DNA from: Eledone cirrhosa
Taxonomy: Eukaryota
Reading direction: 5' to 3'
DNA: 64,000 bases
NCBI GenBank assembly: GCA_964016885.1
Contig: OZ024740.1
Coordinates: 283,712,001 to 283,776,000, forward strand
The notes beneath the pieces are model-generated. The model had not been told where the DNA came from. It did no database searches and saw nothing but the letters and a program-made list of their open reading frames with translations. A program made the translations under genes and the position numbers. Of this stretch, positions 39,520 to 53,543 are shown one piece after another (the first letter of the stretch is position 1; every line of letters begins with the position of its first letter).

Positions 39520-40265
39520 CAAATAATTGTTTCGATTTTTGGCACAAGGCCAGCAAATTACCCCAGTGTATTACTGGTACTTTATTTTATCGACACCCCC
39601 CCCCCCCCGTAAGGATCAAAGGCAAAGTTAACCTCGGCGGGATTTGAACTCAGAATGGAAAGGGCCGTAACTCTATACGTCAAAGCATGGCGTCCGACCC
39701 TCTACCGATTCTGCCAATCCACCGCCCTTGTTCATATAAATAATGAAGAGCAATCTAATAATAAACACCTTCATTGTTTGGTGCTTCTTCGGCTAAGATC
39801 GATATGGGATTGATATTGAATTATAGTTAGACTGAAATAGTGAGGAGAGTCTATGTGGACATAAGATTTTAAGATGGCCTACTAATTTCTAGTTCTACTA
39901 TTATGTTATTATTAAGTATCGGTAGAGGGTCGAACGCCATACTTTGGCGCATTGAGTTACAGCCCTTGCCATTCTTCAAATCCCACCGAGGTTAACTTTG
40001 CCTTTCATCCTTACGGGGTCGATAAAATAAATACCAGTAATGCACTGGGATAATTGCTGGCCTTGTGCTAAACGTAGAAACAATTATTATGTTATGTTAC
40101 GGTGGTTTGGCAGTATCGGTAGAGCGTCAGACCCATGTTCTTCAGCATAGAGTTATAGCCCTTTACATTCTTTTATCAAATCCCGCCGAGGTTAACTTTG
40201 CCTTTCATCCTTACGTGGTCGATGAAATAAAATAATGCGCTGGGTAATTGCTGGCCTTGTGCCTT
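39520..40265. mobile_element. Three SINE copies: 39523-39728 (-), 39915-40088 (+), 40100-40265 (+)
   Basis: Same SINE core. Confidence 0.88.
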
Positions 40266-40873
40266 GTTACTCGTAAGTACATCATATACTTTACATATAC
40301 ATGTACATACCTTTAACCTATACATTAATCATATGTATTTGGTACTGTATACCAAAATACTTAATAAACATTGGATCCTACATTTCACTTGTAGTTTGGG
40401 CCTATTACCTCCTTTGGTGGGGCATGGATTTTACATCTCAGTCCAACCTACTTAGAGTAATTTTATACAGTTTAGCACACTGGAGCACACTGCAAATAGT
40501 AATTTTACTATAAAATTCCACTTTCTACCACCCGAGTTGTTCATTTTAACCGTCTATACACTGCCAAATATGACATAGCGTTGCTTTCCGTTGGGAACCC
40601 CAAAAAATATATGGTAACTAATCGCTGTTGTTTTTTCAGGCATTTTAGACATGATCAAACTATTATCCCCCGGCCTTATTTTAAATATACAACATTTAGG
40701 ATTACATTAACTATCGTTTTTCAAAGTGATAAGGTGTGATTTTAGAGCAACCTGCCTGCAATTTACTGAATTACTAACACGTTGAAAAGCTACGGGATAG
40801 ATAATTTATCGGTTTTGGCAATGGTCATTCAGTTGTTCGAGCAATTGATCTATCTAATCGTAAAAATGATATA

Positions 40874-41087
40874 CGAGGGTCGGCTGAAAAGTTCATAGGC
40901 TGAAACGTTTGTAACTAAGATACTCTCATGGAATGACCAAATGAGATTTATTTTTCAACATAGTTCCTGTCTTGGAAAGAAACAATGCAGTTATTCATAA
41001 GAAGCGTGGAAATTATTATATGCAATATATCATAGCTCTAGCATCAATGCTTCATAGTGAGCTTATGGCCTATTCAACCTACCCTCG
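40874..41087. mobile_element. Mariner-type MITE
   Basis: TA|CGAGGGTCGGCTGAAAAGTTCATAGGCT ... gcttatggcctattcaacctaccctcg|TA. Confidence 0.75.
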
Positions 41088-41260
41088 TATATAAGTTGTT
41101 GAGTATTCCACCAACACGTGAACCCTTAACGCAGTTCGCAAATAAAATTGGCTTGAAGGCGAGATATTTGAATTACAAGTACAATCAATGCGATGGGTTT
41201 TCACACAGTTTATGTCTAACAAATTTCATTCATAAAGCTCAGGTCGACTCACGGCTTTGG

Positions 41261-41630
41261 TAAAATGTCACATGCGCAAGATGATAACCCGGAGGCTCTT
41301 GATTTGCGACTCGAATTTCTTAACTCAGACATTACTACGTCGAACAACCGTACGTTTACAAAAATGATTTTATGAAAACAATGTTGTCTCTGGTCGAGAC
41401 GAAGCGAGAATGTATTTACTTGAATACATAAAAAAAAATGAAAAACCTCATCGCTCGAATAATTGTTGAAACAGCGATGGGCAAAGATACCTCAGAAGAC
41501 AGAGACCAGCGGTCAGTGGTCATCAGAGAGACACTCAACAGGGTGGGTGACAGGCAGAAGGCTGAATTGTTAAGAAATTCGACTCGCAAATCAAGAGCTT
41601 CCGCGTTATTTTGCGCGTGTGACATTTTTA
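41261..41630. mobile_element. MITE-like element with ~65-bp imperfect inverted termini
   Basis: taaaatgtcaca..gctcttgatttgcga.tcgaatttcttaac versus gttaagaaattcgactcgcaaatcaagagc..tgtgacatttta. Confidence 0.65.
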
Positions 41631-41683
41631 TTAGTACTAGCAGCGCATTGATCTTTACGACCCATTATTTCATGTTGCTCCAA

Positions 41684-41875
41684 AGGAGGTGGATTGGTAG
41701 TATCGGTAGAGGGTCGGACGCCATGCTTTGGCGCATAGAGTTACGGCCCTTGCCATTCTGAGTTCAAATTCGGCCGAGGTTAACTTTGCCTTTTATCCTT
41801 ACGGGGTCGATAAAATAAAGTACCAGTAATGCACTGGGTAATTGCTGGCCTTGTGCCAATAGTAGAAACAATTAG
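41684..41875 (+). mobile_element. tRNA-derived SINE with TSD TTCATGTTGCTCCA
   Basis: TSD at ~41669-41682 and ~41876-41889. Confidence 0.9.
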
Positions 41876-42007
41876 TTCATGTTGCTCCAGCTCACCCGGC
41901 TGGAAAAATGAACTGTATCATGAAATATTATGTTGAAATACGGTGGGTAAAACATTACTTTCTTTTGTTTTAATTGTCATCATTCGCCCTTTGCATTTTT
42001 ATACAGT

Positions 42008-42430
42008 AGTAGCTGAGGTACCCGGCTTCGACCCCCCCCCCCCCCCGGGAGAATAGTTAAGAGAAGACGGATAAAAGAGAAAATGACTGTATTGGATTTG
42101 GATGTGTTGTCTGGTATGAGGTGAGACCGTAATGTGTGTGCGTGTGTGGGGGGGGGGAGAAAGACATAAAAAAAAAACAATCATAAAACTTCCTTATTAG
42201 GCTGGGGGAGTAAACTGCCGATTAAATGGTAGCATTGGCCTTGAATTTTAAATGTGAAATAACCATAGTCAGTATCATCTTTTTCAGCTCCAAAGGACGC
42301 CATCTGAAACACAGCAATATACCGCATAGCATTGCTTTTGAAGTGCTCAGCTTCATTAGTACGGTCTGTAAGTAGTATATGGATAAAAGCTGGAGGGTAG
42401 ATTAATTTCAAATAGTATCAATTGTTCTTT
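42008..42430 (-). mobile_element. Helitron remnant (Rep-associated N-terminal fragment plus 3' hairpin)
   Basis: HFKSNAMRYIAVFQMASFGA..FTFKIQGQCYHLIGSLLP matches the recalled Helitron motif; terminus cccgg..cgaagccggg..cagcta(c). Confidence 0.75.
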
Positions 42431-42517
42431 GTTCTGTAAAATCAAAGACTAAAACTTTCAGCTGATACTTTTGTGAGATGTCACTCTCTCTCACTCTCTC
42501 TCTCTCTCTCTCGCTCA

Positions 42518-42552
<35 letters not shown>

Positions 42553-42556
42553 ACTT

Positions 42557-42599
<43 letters not shown>

Positions 42600-42728
42600 C
42601 TCTCTCTCTCTCTCTGAATATCTAACACTTTAATTGTATCTCTCTCTGTATAACGGCCTATCTCTCTCTTTCTGCCTCTCGCTCTGTGTGTCTTTCTCTC
42701 TCTCTTTAAATATGTGTGTATGTATTTG

Positions 42729-42789
<61 letters not shown>

Positions 42790-43259
42790 TTCAACCAACC
42801 AACTAATCAAAAAACATCTTTTTTGTTATATTATATATAGATTGTACCGACTTTTTGGAAATCATCGGTATCTTATTACATATATCACAATGCTTCGTAT
42901 TAACTACACTACTTAATTGTATTTGTAATTCAAAAAGGCCGACTTCGTCACAAACTGTGTCTCACTGAGTTTCTCTGATAATTACGTTAACGATGCACGC
43001 GTCTGCTAAATGTTTAGCTCCTTGCAAGAGCAGAATGTACCGTTGTTGGAACATGTGAAACACTTGTCCTCCGAACAGACGGAGGTCCAAGAGATTGTGT
43101 GCCTTGTTAACAAACACGGGTGCAGCAACAAGTAGAGAATATTATCACATTTCATCAGGCAGCTTGCCATCTTATCACTTTTGCAGGTTTCAGTAACTTT
43201 ATAATGTACACAAAGAACCTGACATATTTAAAAGAGTATAAAGAATCATTAGACTTTAC

Positions 43260-43383
43260 CTTTACAAAAGGTATTGCTTGTACATCAAGTTTGAAGAATT
43301 TCTGCATGCGTTTCAATTCCGCAAATTCTAAAGTTGGATCTGTATCTATATAATATTGGCAGTCATCAGCCAAATCATATAAC
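43260..43383 (-). CDS. Host gene exon D (phase 2/0), LYDLADDCQYYIDTDPTLEFAELKRMQKFFKLDVQAIPFVK
   Basis: Acceptor atattccag|G, donor AAG|GTAAAG; 124 nt; overlaps track ORF 43155..43373. Confidence 0.85.
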
Positions 43384-43637
43384 CTGGAATATATAAATAT
43401 ATATACATATATATATTATATAGAAAGATTTGAATGGATACAGTTTAGTTGAAAGGAATTTATTGACACGTGTTTCTATAACAGTTACATAACCTAAAAC
43501 AGCTATCTACAAACTTTTAGTTATGCAGACATTCAATATTTCAATGTTATTGTTTACTGTCATTTCATCAGAATCTATATATATGTATGTATGTATCTAT
43601 GTATGTATATGTATATATACATATATATATATAAGTA

Positions 43638-43785
<148 letters not shown>

Positions 43786-44387
43786 TACATCGAAGTTCTA
43801 TTTGCACATCGACGACACAAGTCGAATTATCTGAGGTAGTCCCTATACGTTTTCAATGATGCGAGAAATTGCTGGCATCAGAATAGGCTCATGTATGAGA
43901 ATTACAATAGATAACAACAGCAACAACGAATACCTGAACCGAAGAATAACCGTTTCTGATGCACAACTGCTGTGCATTTGCAAGCTGAAAATGCTCCTAA
44001 CAGAGATTTCCTAAGCAATTCAAATATGCTACATCATCCTCAACTGGATAGGTTCACTATATGCAACTTCTAATTAGCTACTAAGATACTGCCACACCAT
44101 ACTAGTAATTATTCAATGGTATTCTGTGCATGACGTGACCTTGAGGCAGTTAGCTTTATCGAAGTGAAAATTCATGGTATAAATGAAACAAAGAAATGTT
44201 CACTTAGACCTCAAATTAAGCTCTCAAAACTAGTTTTCATAATATAATAAAAACTATGAGATTAATATTTATAGTAGAACATCAAAGTTGTATTTGCACA
44301 TCGGCAACACAAGTTAAATTATCTGAGATAAACTCTATAGACTCAATAATGCGAGAAATAAATTGATGGCACCAGAGTGGACTCATT

Positions 44388-44434
<47 letters not shown>

Positions 44435-44685
44435 ATGTTTTAACATAAAAACAGGTAGAATTCCCAAAACTAATCAGATCAGAGCAAACATCACGGACGC
44501 TCTATCTCAAAATTATTTTTGAAAAGCATTAGAAATGCGCAACCGGTAAAACTTAAAACCAAAACTGAATACTAACCAATACTATTACTAATTCTCACTT
44601 ATTACTAATTAAACTATTTTTCACTGTGAACAATTTGTCAGCATTTTCTATTCCGTTTACCAATATATATATATATATATATATA

Positions 44686-44893
44686 TATAGGAACCAGTAA
44701 GACCCCGACAGCTGAGCTCAAGCCGTTTCGACGGCTAATTCTGGACTGAATTAGCCGTCCAGAATTAGCCGTCGAAACGGCTTGAGCTCAGCTGTCGGGG
44801 TCTTACTGGTTCCTATTACCCACTCTACTACCTCAAGTATTGAGTACTTTGGTGCGTTATGGTCCACCTGGTTCCTTACCACATTTCCTTCGT
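44686..44893. mobile_element. Palindromic pLTR-end relic of the 7541-10582 Penelope family in (TA)n
   Basis: 44686-44746 is the reverse complement of 44757-44816; continues as 10503-10582. Confidence 0.85.
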
Positions 44894-44965
<72 letters not shown>

Positions 44966-45128
44966 TATATAATCATTTGACTTATTTGGGCTCCTTATTT
45001 ATTCATTAATATAGTTGAGCTTTTGTGTACTTGATTGGCTATCGACTGCTATATTTAGCGGCCTAACTAATAGCGTATTCAAGCTGCCCTGGGCTAACCC
45101 GTATGGATTGTACTTTCTGAGGTTAGTT

Positions 45129-45285
<157 letters not shown>

Positions 45286-45707
45286 AGTATGTGAGGTTCA
45301 TAAAAAGCTGAGGACTGTCGTTGTATTTTCCGTGGTAAACATCTGCACCGAAGATATGTGTCGTCAGTTCCAAAGAGTATGGTTGGTCCTATACTAGCCT
45401 TCACCACTTAAAACAAAACTTTGTGTGGGTAGTTCAGTATCAGTGCACTTTCTCACATTTCCCCCAGTCCTTTGCAAACGGAGTCCGTAGGCGGGGGGGT
45501 GACAGTGGCAGGGACAGGTAGAGGATACATCTGGAGGTCTCTAGCTGAAGATCTGCACTATGGCGAGTGCTGTGATATGGCCGTTCTAGCACAAGCTCAT
45601 GAACAATTGTGCTGTCCGTGTCCTAGAGCAAGTGACAACGCATGTCTTTTTAGACGTAGCACAGCTTTCCCTTGTGAAGGGGACGATAAAAGGAGCCCTA
45701 AACATTG

Positions 45708-45972
45708 GAATAGACATTACAATACACGGGAGGAAACATAATAGTACCACTGATGATGTCACAGGTGTGTGATGAAAGAATTCTGATAAATTTTATATAT
45801 TCATATCTATACTTTTAATCATTGGTCAATCAATGATAAACATTGATTGCCAGCTAAATTAACTATAGGGATATAAAATATACAGAACCGAAAACTAATC
45901 CTCCAAATCAAACAGTGAGTGTGTTTTATTACTATTTCTGGCAATATTATAACTATATGACCCTCCAAATAT

Positions 45973-45980
<8 letters not shown>
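45708..45980 (+). mobile_element. Solo pLTR of the 23200-24152 Penelope family with hammerhead motif (45744-45790)
   Basis: ggaggaaacataatag.accaCTGATGA tgtcaca/tgtgat GAAA gaa; family terminus followed by (TA)n. Confidence 0.75.
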
Positions 45981-46029
<49 letters not shown>

Positions 46030-46038
<9 letters not shown>

Positions 46039-46239
46039 CGTAAATTAAGAAAATTTTAAAAAATTAACTTACTTACTAAAATTTTAGTAAGTAAGTTAAT
46101 TTTTTAAAATTTTCTTATGTTACGTCTTTTATATTATTGTTCTGCATCCTCCTGCATTGAACCACCTAGGTACTATGACATAACCTGTGTATTTGCTAGC
46201 ATTAGCGTACATCAGTACGCATATGTTAGTAGATATACT

Positions 46240-46245
<6 letters not shown>
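46030..46245. mobile_element. ~105-bp palindrome plus tail; fold-back relic of the family also at 24528-24660 and 57495-57790
   Basis: aaaagacgtaa..aattaacttacttactaaaa|ttttagtaagtaagttaatt..ttacgtctttt. Confidence 0.75.
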
Positions 46246-46315
<70 letters not shown>

Positions 46316-46676
46316 TATAATAATTATTGCGAACCAGACAATTCGATATCACCTAGGATCACCGTTTTCCACATACTCAATGATTTTCAAAAAACCGTAT
46401 GTTGTAGATACGAATTTGCATGTCAGAGTGGACATAATACGTTACATAGTGGATAAACGGATTTGCATGGAAACACGAAAGAGGCTGCGAACTGTATACA
46501 GTTTCATTTTAACGACTTGAGTGCAGCTGGTGCATTAGTAAAATACCGCGCATAGAGATCACATGTTATTTCCGAAAAAAAAAATCGAGAAAATTTACGG
46601 AGTGGCTTCTAAGTTGTCACCTCTTTAAAAACTGCACTGAATTAATATCCATTTTAATCGAATAATTCGAACTTAC

Positions 46677-46823
46677 CAGCAAACTTTTTCGATATCTTTA
46701 TCGTCTTGCATATGTACCTGTTTGTCGGGTAACGCCTGTTGAACTTGCTTGTGATAAGTGGCAAGCAATGTTGGAGGTTTATTCAGATAGAAGTTTTGTA
46801 TTTTAAATCGTTCCTTATTTTTC
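46677..46823 (-). CDS. Host gene exon C (phase 2/2), KNKERFKIQNFYLNKPPTLLATYHKQVQQALPDKQVHMQDDKDIEKVCW
   Basis: Acceptor ctattttcaatttatag|G, donor TG|GTAAGT; 147 nt; lies inside track ORF 46673..46867. Confidence 0.85.
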
Positions 46824-48124
46824 CTATAAATTGAAAATAGATATATAGATTTCTTCTGAATAAGCACAAACTTCTTTTGTGGGTCCCAGTTATTACACTG
46901 GGCAACGCTGTTTTTGCTGACTTATATTTGAGACTTTTAACGGGAGGCGCTAAACCCCAAATTACATTAACTTTTTAACATCACATCAATCTTTGATTCC
47001 ACGATATACCTCCATTTCTTAATAATCGCTGTGGAAACGTACTTGATTACTAAAACCCTGAGCAACACATGTTTCTGATGTCAAACACGTTAAACCTATT
47101 TCGGTTTATATTTTGGGCACTGATTCCAAATAGACCTTTAATTTTATCTTACCAAGATAATAGATATTCTTGGGAGGTGGGGGCGCAGAAATATTGATAC
47201 AGTAGACATTTTATTGCGTTTGCCACTATTACCAACACTATTGTAGGGTGTGCGGCGAATTGGTAAAGTCGTTAGAACATCAGATAGAATGCTTTGCTGT
47301 ATTCGTTCCTGCTCAACGCTCTCTGAGTTCAAATCCAGCCGAGATCAACTTTTCGAGATCGATAAGGAATAACTATTAGTCCAGTAATGAGGTTAATTCT
47401 TCCTCTATATCTCTTTCTCATTTCCAGACTCTCACTTTCTTTCCTTCTCTGAAAAAAATCGGCTGAACTTAGACCTGGAGAGGGAATAGGCTCCACCAGG
47501 TTTAAATTTTCCAAGGCATGTTTCGATGGCGCCTCTACGTCTCTATCAGAAGTTACGGATCCATATGTGCGTACATCACTTTAAAAATGTTTTTAAGTTA
47601 AGACTGCACAACATAATTTTATGTAACAATATTTTGTTAAACAGCAATTTCATAACGACAAATTTAGTTCTTTTCGGCATTCCTCGAAATTCTTTATTTA
47701 TCTTAAAACAAAGACAGTATATTTCATCATAAATATGATAACAAAAGGAATGGCTGTGAAAGAAGTTGTCTCATAAGTGAAGCATAATCAACAGAGAGTG
47801 GAAACCACTGTATGGAAGATGAGTGTAAACCATGTATACTTAAAGATCTCTGCATGAAACTTCAAACTAGTTTATAAGACGTAACATTTCCTGAAAATTA
47901 AGCTACGCCTATAAAATGAGGACCAGATTGTTTTAAAATTAAAACTTCAGGGTAGCATGTTAAACAAGAATAATCAATTAAATTGGTTTTATCAAGGATG
48001 AAATGTAAAGAGGACAACAGAGGGATTAGGAATCTTACAATTAGTGGGCATAACGAAATACGGTAGACATTCTACTATGCATCACACTTGTTATTTTTGT
48101 TAACCTGAATACTTCTATCTGACC

Positions 48125-48785
48125 TGATAAACTCTAAAAACCTAAAGGGGAGTAACATGAAAAAAAACTGCCCCAAAACAGAGAGAAATTAGGCAAAATA
48201 GGGAGATCTTACATAATGAAAGCTATAACCATTTTCACAAGAGAAGACATCTCTCACCCACCCCAAAGTGGGTGGGAGATCTCCTCGTCGAACGTGGAGA
48301 GTTGACAGATCTGTTCTATGCACATTTTCTATTCAAGATTTTTGATAATCTGATCATGAAATTCTTAATGAAAACAGACATGAACATGATATAAGCAGTA
48401 ATCACTGTAATGACAAAAAGTAGGCATCCTTAGATCTCCTAATACGGGAATATCAAAACCCAAGTAAACCACATTACAAACAGCACAAACATACTGAAAA
48501 TATTTTGAGAATAAGACAAGATATTTCAATACAAATATTAAATATGTAACAAAAAAATATCCAAAATAAAGAAAAAACGAATAGGTGAGATACCAGACCT
48601 GCCAACCTCTAAAAACCCACACGTGGAATACCATGAAAAAAAGCGCCCCAAAACGGGGAGAAATGAGACAAAATGGGAAGATTTTACATAATGAAAGCTA
48701 TACCCATTTTCACAAGAGAAGACATCTCTCACCCACCCTAAAAGCTATTGCAAACCTCTCTGTCGGATAGGAGAGTTGACAGGTC
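48125..48785. repeat. Diverged ~180-bp direct repeat (48125-48310 / 48598-48785), probable retroelement relic
   Basis: ttacataatgaaagctata.ccattttcacaagagaagacatctctcacccaccc occurs twice. Confidence 0.75.
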
Positions 48786-48954
48786 TGAGATACATCGCAA
48801 ATAATTCATTAGTATGTAAAGCGACATTGATACTTTCGGAACGACCAAACAATTTGAATCCAGCCCTAAAGGATCTTACCAAGAACTAGACAAAAAATGT
48901 AATAAGGAAACAATGTTACTCCAACCGCTAAAAAGAACTTTAGATTATTTAGTA

Positions 48955-49269
48955 CAGTGGAACCCCAGTTCACGAATACATCTCAACATGAACAATTCGG
49001 TTTACGAACAATTTGTCTTAATATAATACATCTCGGTTCACGAATGGTGTCTCGAGTAACGAACACGCAAGCCGGCAACAACGGTTTACAACAAAATTGG
49101 AGTATCGGCGGGAAAGCACCACTTGCTGTGTAGTTTGTTACTATGGTGATATCTATCTGTCTTTCACACACAGTCTCTCTTTCAATGTATTTCTCTCTCA
49201 ATATTTCGTATGAGGAAAATAGTTTCGATTTACGAACATTACGAAAGTTCATGAACTGAGGTTCCACTG
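48955..49269. mobile_element. Tc1/mariner (pogo/Tigger-like) MITE
   Basis: TA|CAGTGGAACCCCAGTTCACGAA ... TTCATGAACTGAGGTTCCACTG|TA. Confidence 0.85.
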
Positions 49270-49279
49270 TATTTGCTCG

Positions 49280-49845
49280 TCGGTGGATTGGCAATATCGG
49301 TAGAGCGTCGGACATCATGCTTTGCAGCATAGAGTTACGCCCCTTTGTGATCTGAGTTTAAAATCCCGCCGAGGTTAACTTTGCCTTTCATCCTTACGGG
49401 GTCGATAAAATAAAGTACCAGTCACGTACTGGGGCCGATTTAATCGACTTTCCTCTCCACAAAAATTGCTGACCTTGTGCCTATATAAGAAACCATTATT
49501 TGGTATTTCAATGGGCGGTGGATTGGCAGTATCGGTAGAGGGTCGGACGCCATGCTTTCCAGCATAGTTACATCCCTTTACGATCTGAGTTCAAATCCCG
49601 CCGAGGTTGACTTTGCCTTTCATCCTTACGGGGTCGATAAAATAAAGTACCAGTAATGCACTGCGTAATTGCTGGCCTTGTGCCTAAAGTAGAAACAATT
49701 ATTTGGTATTTCAATGTTTTGAAGGTGTACAGCCTCCTCCCTCTAGATTCGATAAAATAAAGTACCAGCTAAATATGTCGGTATAATTGACGTTCCCCTT
49801 TCTCTAAATTGCTGGCCTTGTGCCAATGTTAGGAACAATTATTTC
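49280..49845 (+). mobile_element. Tandem SINEs; the copy at 49513-49700 has TSD ATTATTTGGTATTTCAATG
   Basis: SINE core three times; duplicated target at ~49495-49513 and ~49698-49716. Confidence 0.9.
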
Positions 49846-50081
49846 GCAGTTTAGTATTTTGTGTTAATCATTGTAGTATGAAATGCTGAATAATTTAGTA
49901 TTATAAAATGTTATATTTGGTATTGTAGCGGTTAATATTTATTATGTAATATTTTAATGTTTAGTATTGAAGTACTGCCAGTACATCAAGAGTAGTGTTG
50001 CTTTGGTTCCCACAGGAATAGATCACATCTAGAAAATAGCCACTTGGCAAATCGGTTTATAATGCCCCACTAACTCATTAT

Positions 50082-50325
50082 GGGGGCGCGTAAACTAGTG
50101 GTAAGGGTGTTGGACTTATGATCATAATGTCGTGGGTTCGATTCCTTGACTGGGTTGTGTGTTGTGTTCTTGAGCAAAACACTTCATTTTATGTTGATCC
50201 AGTACACTTGACTAAAAATGAATACCAGCAATATAGCTGGGGTTTAACCCTGCGATGGACTGGCGTCCAGTCCAGGGGGGAGTCTTGTACTCTCGGTCAC
50301 TTAACGCCACGAAAACCGGGATAAG
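50082..50325 (+). mobile_element. Different tRNA-derived SINE with a CORE/Meta-like middle domain
   Basis: tagtggtaag..gggttcgattcc head; tgtgttcttgagcaaaacactt; ccctgcgatggactggcgtcc. Confidence 0.7.
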
Positions 50326-50327
50326 CC

Positions 50328-50797
50328 CAGTCATGGGCAACCTGCGGCCCGCGAAGCTTTCTGAATGGCTCGCCTAAGTCACCTAAATGAAATCTTTCTG
50401 ATCTTTTTACCCCAACTTTTCAGTCGTAATTTATCTTTCCATCATTTTTACGTTCGAGGAAAACAACGTGTACGAATTCTGAAGAAACAAATCAAAACAA
50501 CCTGAGTTATCACCCTTTGTTTTAATGTGGGCACGAATGTAAATTAACGCTTGCGGCCCGCCTGACGATGAGCCATATCTCATGCCGCCCGCTTCTCGAA
50601 AAAGGTTGTCCATGCCTGCATTAGACTGTTGGAAAAGAAGCCCTAATTTCAACAGCAAGGGAAGTAATTTCATCTGTCTGTTTTTAAAAAGATAACTTAT
50701 TTCCATATACTGTTGGTATTTGTGACAAAATTTCATTTATTTGATGATGAGCCATATCTCATGCGGCCCGCTTCTCGAAAAAGGTTGCCCATGCCTG
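50328..50797. mobile_element. hAT (Charlie-like) MITE with duplicated right end
   Basis: CAGTCATGGGCAACCTGCGGCCCG ... GGTTG(T/C)CCATGCCTG at ~50617 and ~50797. Confidence 0.7.
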
Positions 50798-51231
50798 CTT
50801 TAGATTAACACTACCCAGCCTCTGACTCACAAACGTGCTGTCGCTGCAACTTCTATCGCTACTACAATGGTCTCGGCTTTGTATATACTGTATATTTAAC
50901 ATTTAGTTTTTTAATATACAACATTAAATATAACGTGTATTATATTTTTAAGTATTTAACTTTTAGTATTTAATATATTTTATTAGTATTTTAGTTTTAG
51001 TATCATTTTCATCATCTTGTCATCATTATCATCACCACCACCACCGCCGCCGCTAATACCACCCCCCACCCCCCACCCCCACCACTACAATAATCACAAT
51101 TCCCATTATCTTCAATACAAGTATTATTAGGGTGAATGACATTCATATTAATGTTATTTTAACACACACACACACACACACACACACGCACGCACGCACG
51201 CACACACACACACACACACACACGCACACAC

Positions 51232-51273
<42 letters not shown>

Positions 51274-51323
51274 GCGCACACACACACGCACGCACACACA
51301 CACACACACACGCACACACACAC

Positions 51324-51354
<31 letters not shown>

Positions 51355-51724
51355 ACCTAAAATATGTATATCGGGTCTTTGATACTGTCTAGTAAGTAAT
51401 ATAAAACTGATACTAGAAATATAAAATAGACGATAAATAATTAGAAATTTAGTCTAAGTTGTCAACGGAATGTGAAATGTTTATAGATTGTATTATGAAT
51501 AGATTGAAAAAAATATATAAATCATTCTGATACAACGAAAACATTAAATGAACAGCTTTGTATAAATAACAAAACAGTTTGACAACTAATATAATATTTT
51601 TTATCGAAAAGCCTAGAGGTAAATTGATTTCAGTCAATTGATGATTGATCGGCTATTAATGAATAGCGTTGTGTTAAATGAATAAGATGTAAATTAATGA
51701 ATTGAAAAAAAAAGAAGAAACATA

Positions 51725-52250
51725 AACATATTACAAAAATGGTAGACATGTAAAAAAAAAATCAATGAATGGAACCTCCGCCGGTTTCGACGATGAGTGC
51801 TCCAGTTGTTGCATCAACGGAACGATCTACTCGCTACAAAAATTATAGACATGTAAGAAAATTCAGTAAGTGGAATGGACCTCCGTCGGTTTCGACGATG
51901 AGTGCGCCAGTTGTTGCATCAACGGAACAATCTACTCGCGAAATTAATATACGAGTGACTGAGCATTCTACAAACACATTTACCCTTAACGTCATTCTCG
52001 TGACAAAGCTGACCTTTTGAATCAGATATACAGTCCATCTTGTATTATAGTGTAGAGCATTGGACAACATGCTTTGCAGCATAGAGTTACGGTCCTTTAC
52101 CTTCTGAGTTCAAATCCCACCGAGGTTAACTTTGCCCTTCATTCTTACGGGGTCGATAAACTAAAGCACCAGTAACGTACTGGCGTCGATTTAATCGAAT
52201 TTCCCCTCCTCCAAAATTACTGGCTTTGTGCCTATACGAGAAATCATTAT
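51725..52250. mobile_element. Locally duplicated fragment of another SINE-like repeat, followed by a core SINE copy
   Basis: ctccg.cggtttcgacgatgagtgc.ccagttgttgcatcaacggaac occurs twice; SINE core at 52060-52250. Confidence 0.6.
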
Positions 52251-52254
52251 TTAT

Positions 52255-53070
52255 ATGAACAGGTTTGACATACGCAGCCGGGTTGGAAGTGGTATCACGA
52301 TTGGCGGGTGTAAAATCAGTCGGCTAGAATTTGCAGACAACATGGTGTTACTTAACTCGAGAGAAGGTGATCTCTGACTTGTACTTGATAGGTTTGATAT
52401 CGAGTGCTGAATGAAAATAAGTGCTGCGAAAACTGAGACATTCTTCCTCTCAAGGAAGCCTGCGCAGTGTACGCTACATGTGAATGGAGATCCACTGAAG
52501 CAGGTGGGGAAGTTTAACTTTCTTGGGACAGTGTTCACGAAGTTGATGTGCAGTAATGCGCCAGCTTCAGCATTCGGTAGTCAGAAGGGGGAAGGTAGAT
52601 GTAAAAGTCAAACTCGCTATCTTCAATTCAGTATTCATGCCAACTATTACCTGAGGTCATTCATGACCATAGGTAATGACCGAAACCGAAAGAATACGAT
52701 CACGAATACAAGCGACCGAAACGGGGTTCCTCCGAAGGGTCTTTGGAGTAACGTTACTCGACAGAATGCGTAGCTCGGAGATCAGTCACTCCAGGTAGAG
52801 CCCGCTACTTCTCCGAATTGAGAGAGCACAGCTTCGTTACTATGGACATGTGATTGGAATGTCCCGGGAGAGAATAGCTGGACAGATTTGACGAGCAAAG
52901 CCAACCGGCAGGAGACCCAGGAGTAAACCCCGAGCAAGATGGTTGGATAACATCCATAAGTTTGGCTGGAATCGCTTGGGGATCCAACCGGATCAGTTGG
53001 AGACGGTTGCTTCTGACAGGACCTGCAGGAAAGAGTGTTTGAGGACTCTTCCCCCAAGACCCTCTCAGGA
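52255..53070 (+). mobile_element. RTE LINE 3' fragment, same family as 1386-2205
   Basis: FADNMV, MKISAAKTE, FNFLGTVF, gagcaaagccaaccggcaggagacccagg. Confidence 0.85.
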
Positions 53071-53112
53071 ATAATAATGATAATAATAGTAATGATAATA
53101 ATAATAATAATA

Positions 53113-53543
53113 AAAAGAGGGTATGCCTGCTAATTGATATGTCTGTTCCAATAGACAAGAATGTATCTATAAAAACATTTGAAAAATTGAGCAAGTATAA
53201 GGACCTGGAGATAGAAATTGGAAAAATGTGGAAATTGAGAACTAAAACAATACCAGTGGTTGTAGGCGCTCTGGGAATGATACCTAAGGGGTCTAATGAT
53301 TACATATCGCAAATCCCAGGAAACCCGCGTATAGGAGAAATACAAAAGATAGTACTAATGGGAACTGCCCATATACTAAGGAAGATTCTGTCAATATAAG
53401 TACATCACAAGTCTAAACACCTAAAGATGCATGTGTGTGTATGTATGTTCTTTCTTGAACATGGCGGACCTTGTTGTCTCTTGAGGTCACTGGTTGTGAC
53501 TTGGTGATAACTCGTATGAACATAAAGCAAGATAAATGCAACT

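Noticed and set aside
43005-43219. Possible Cys-rich exon after a 41-nt intron following exon D
   Set aside because: The intron is implausibly short, and exon E gives a better continuation
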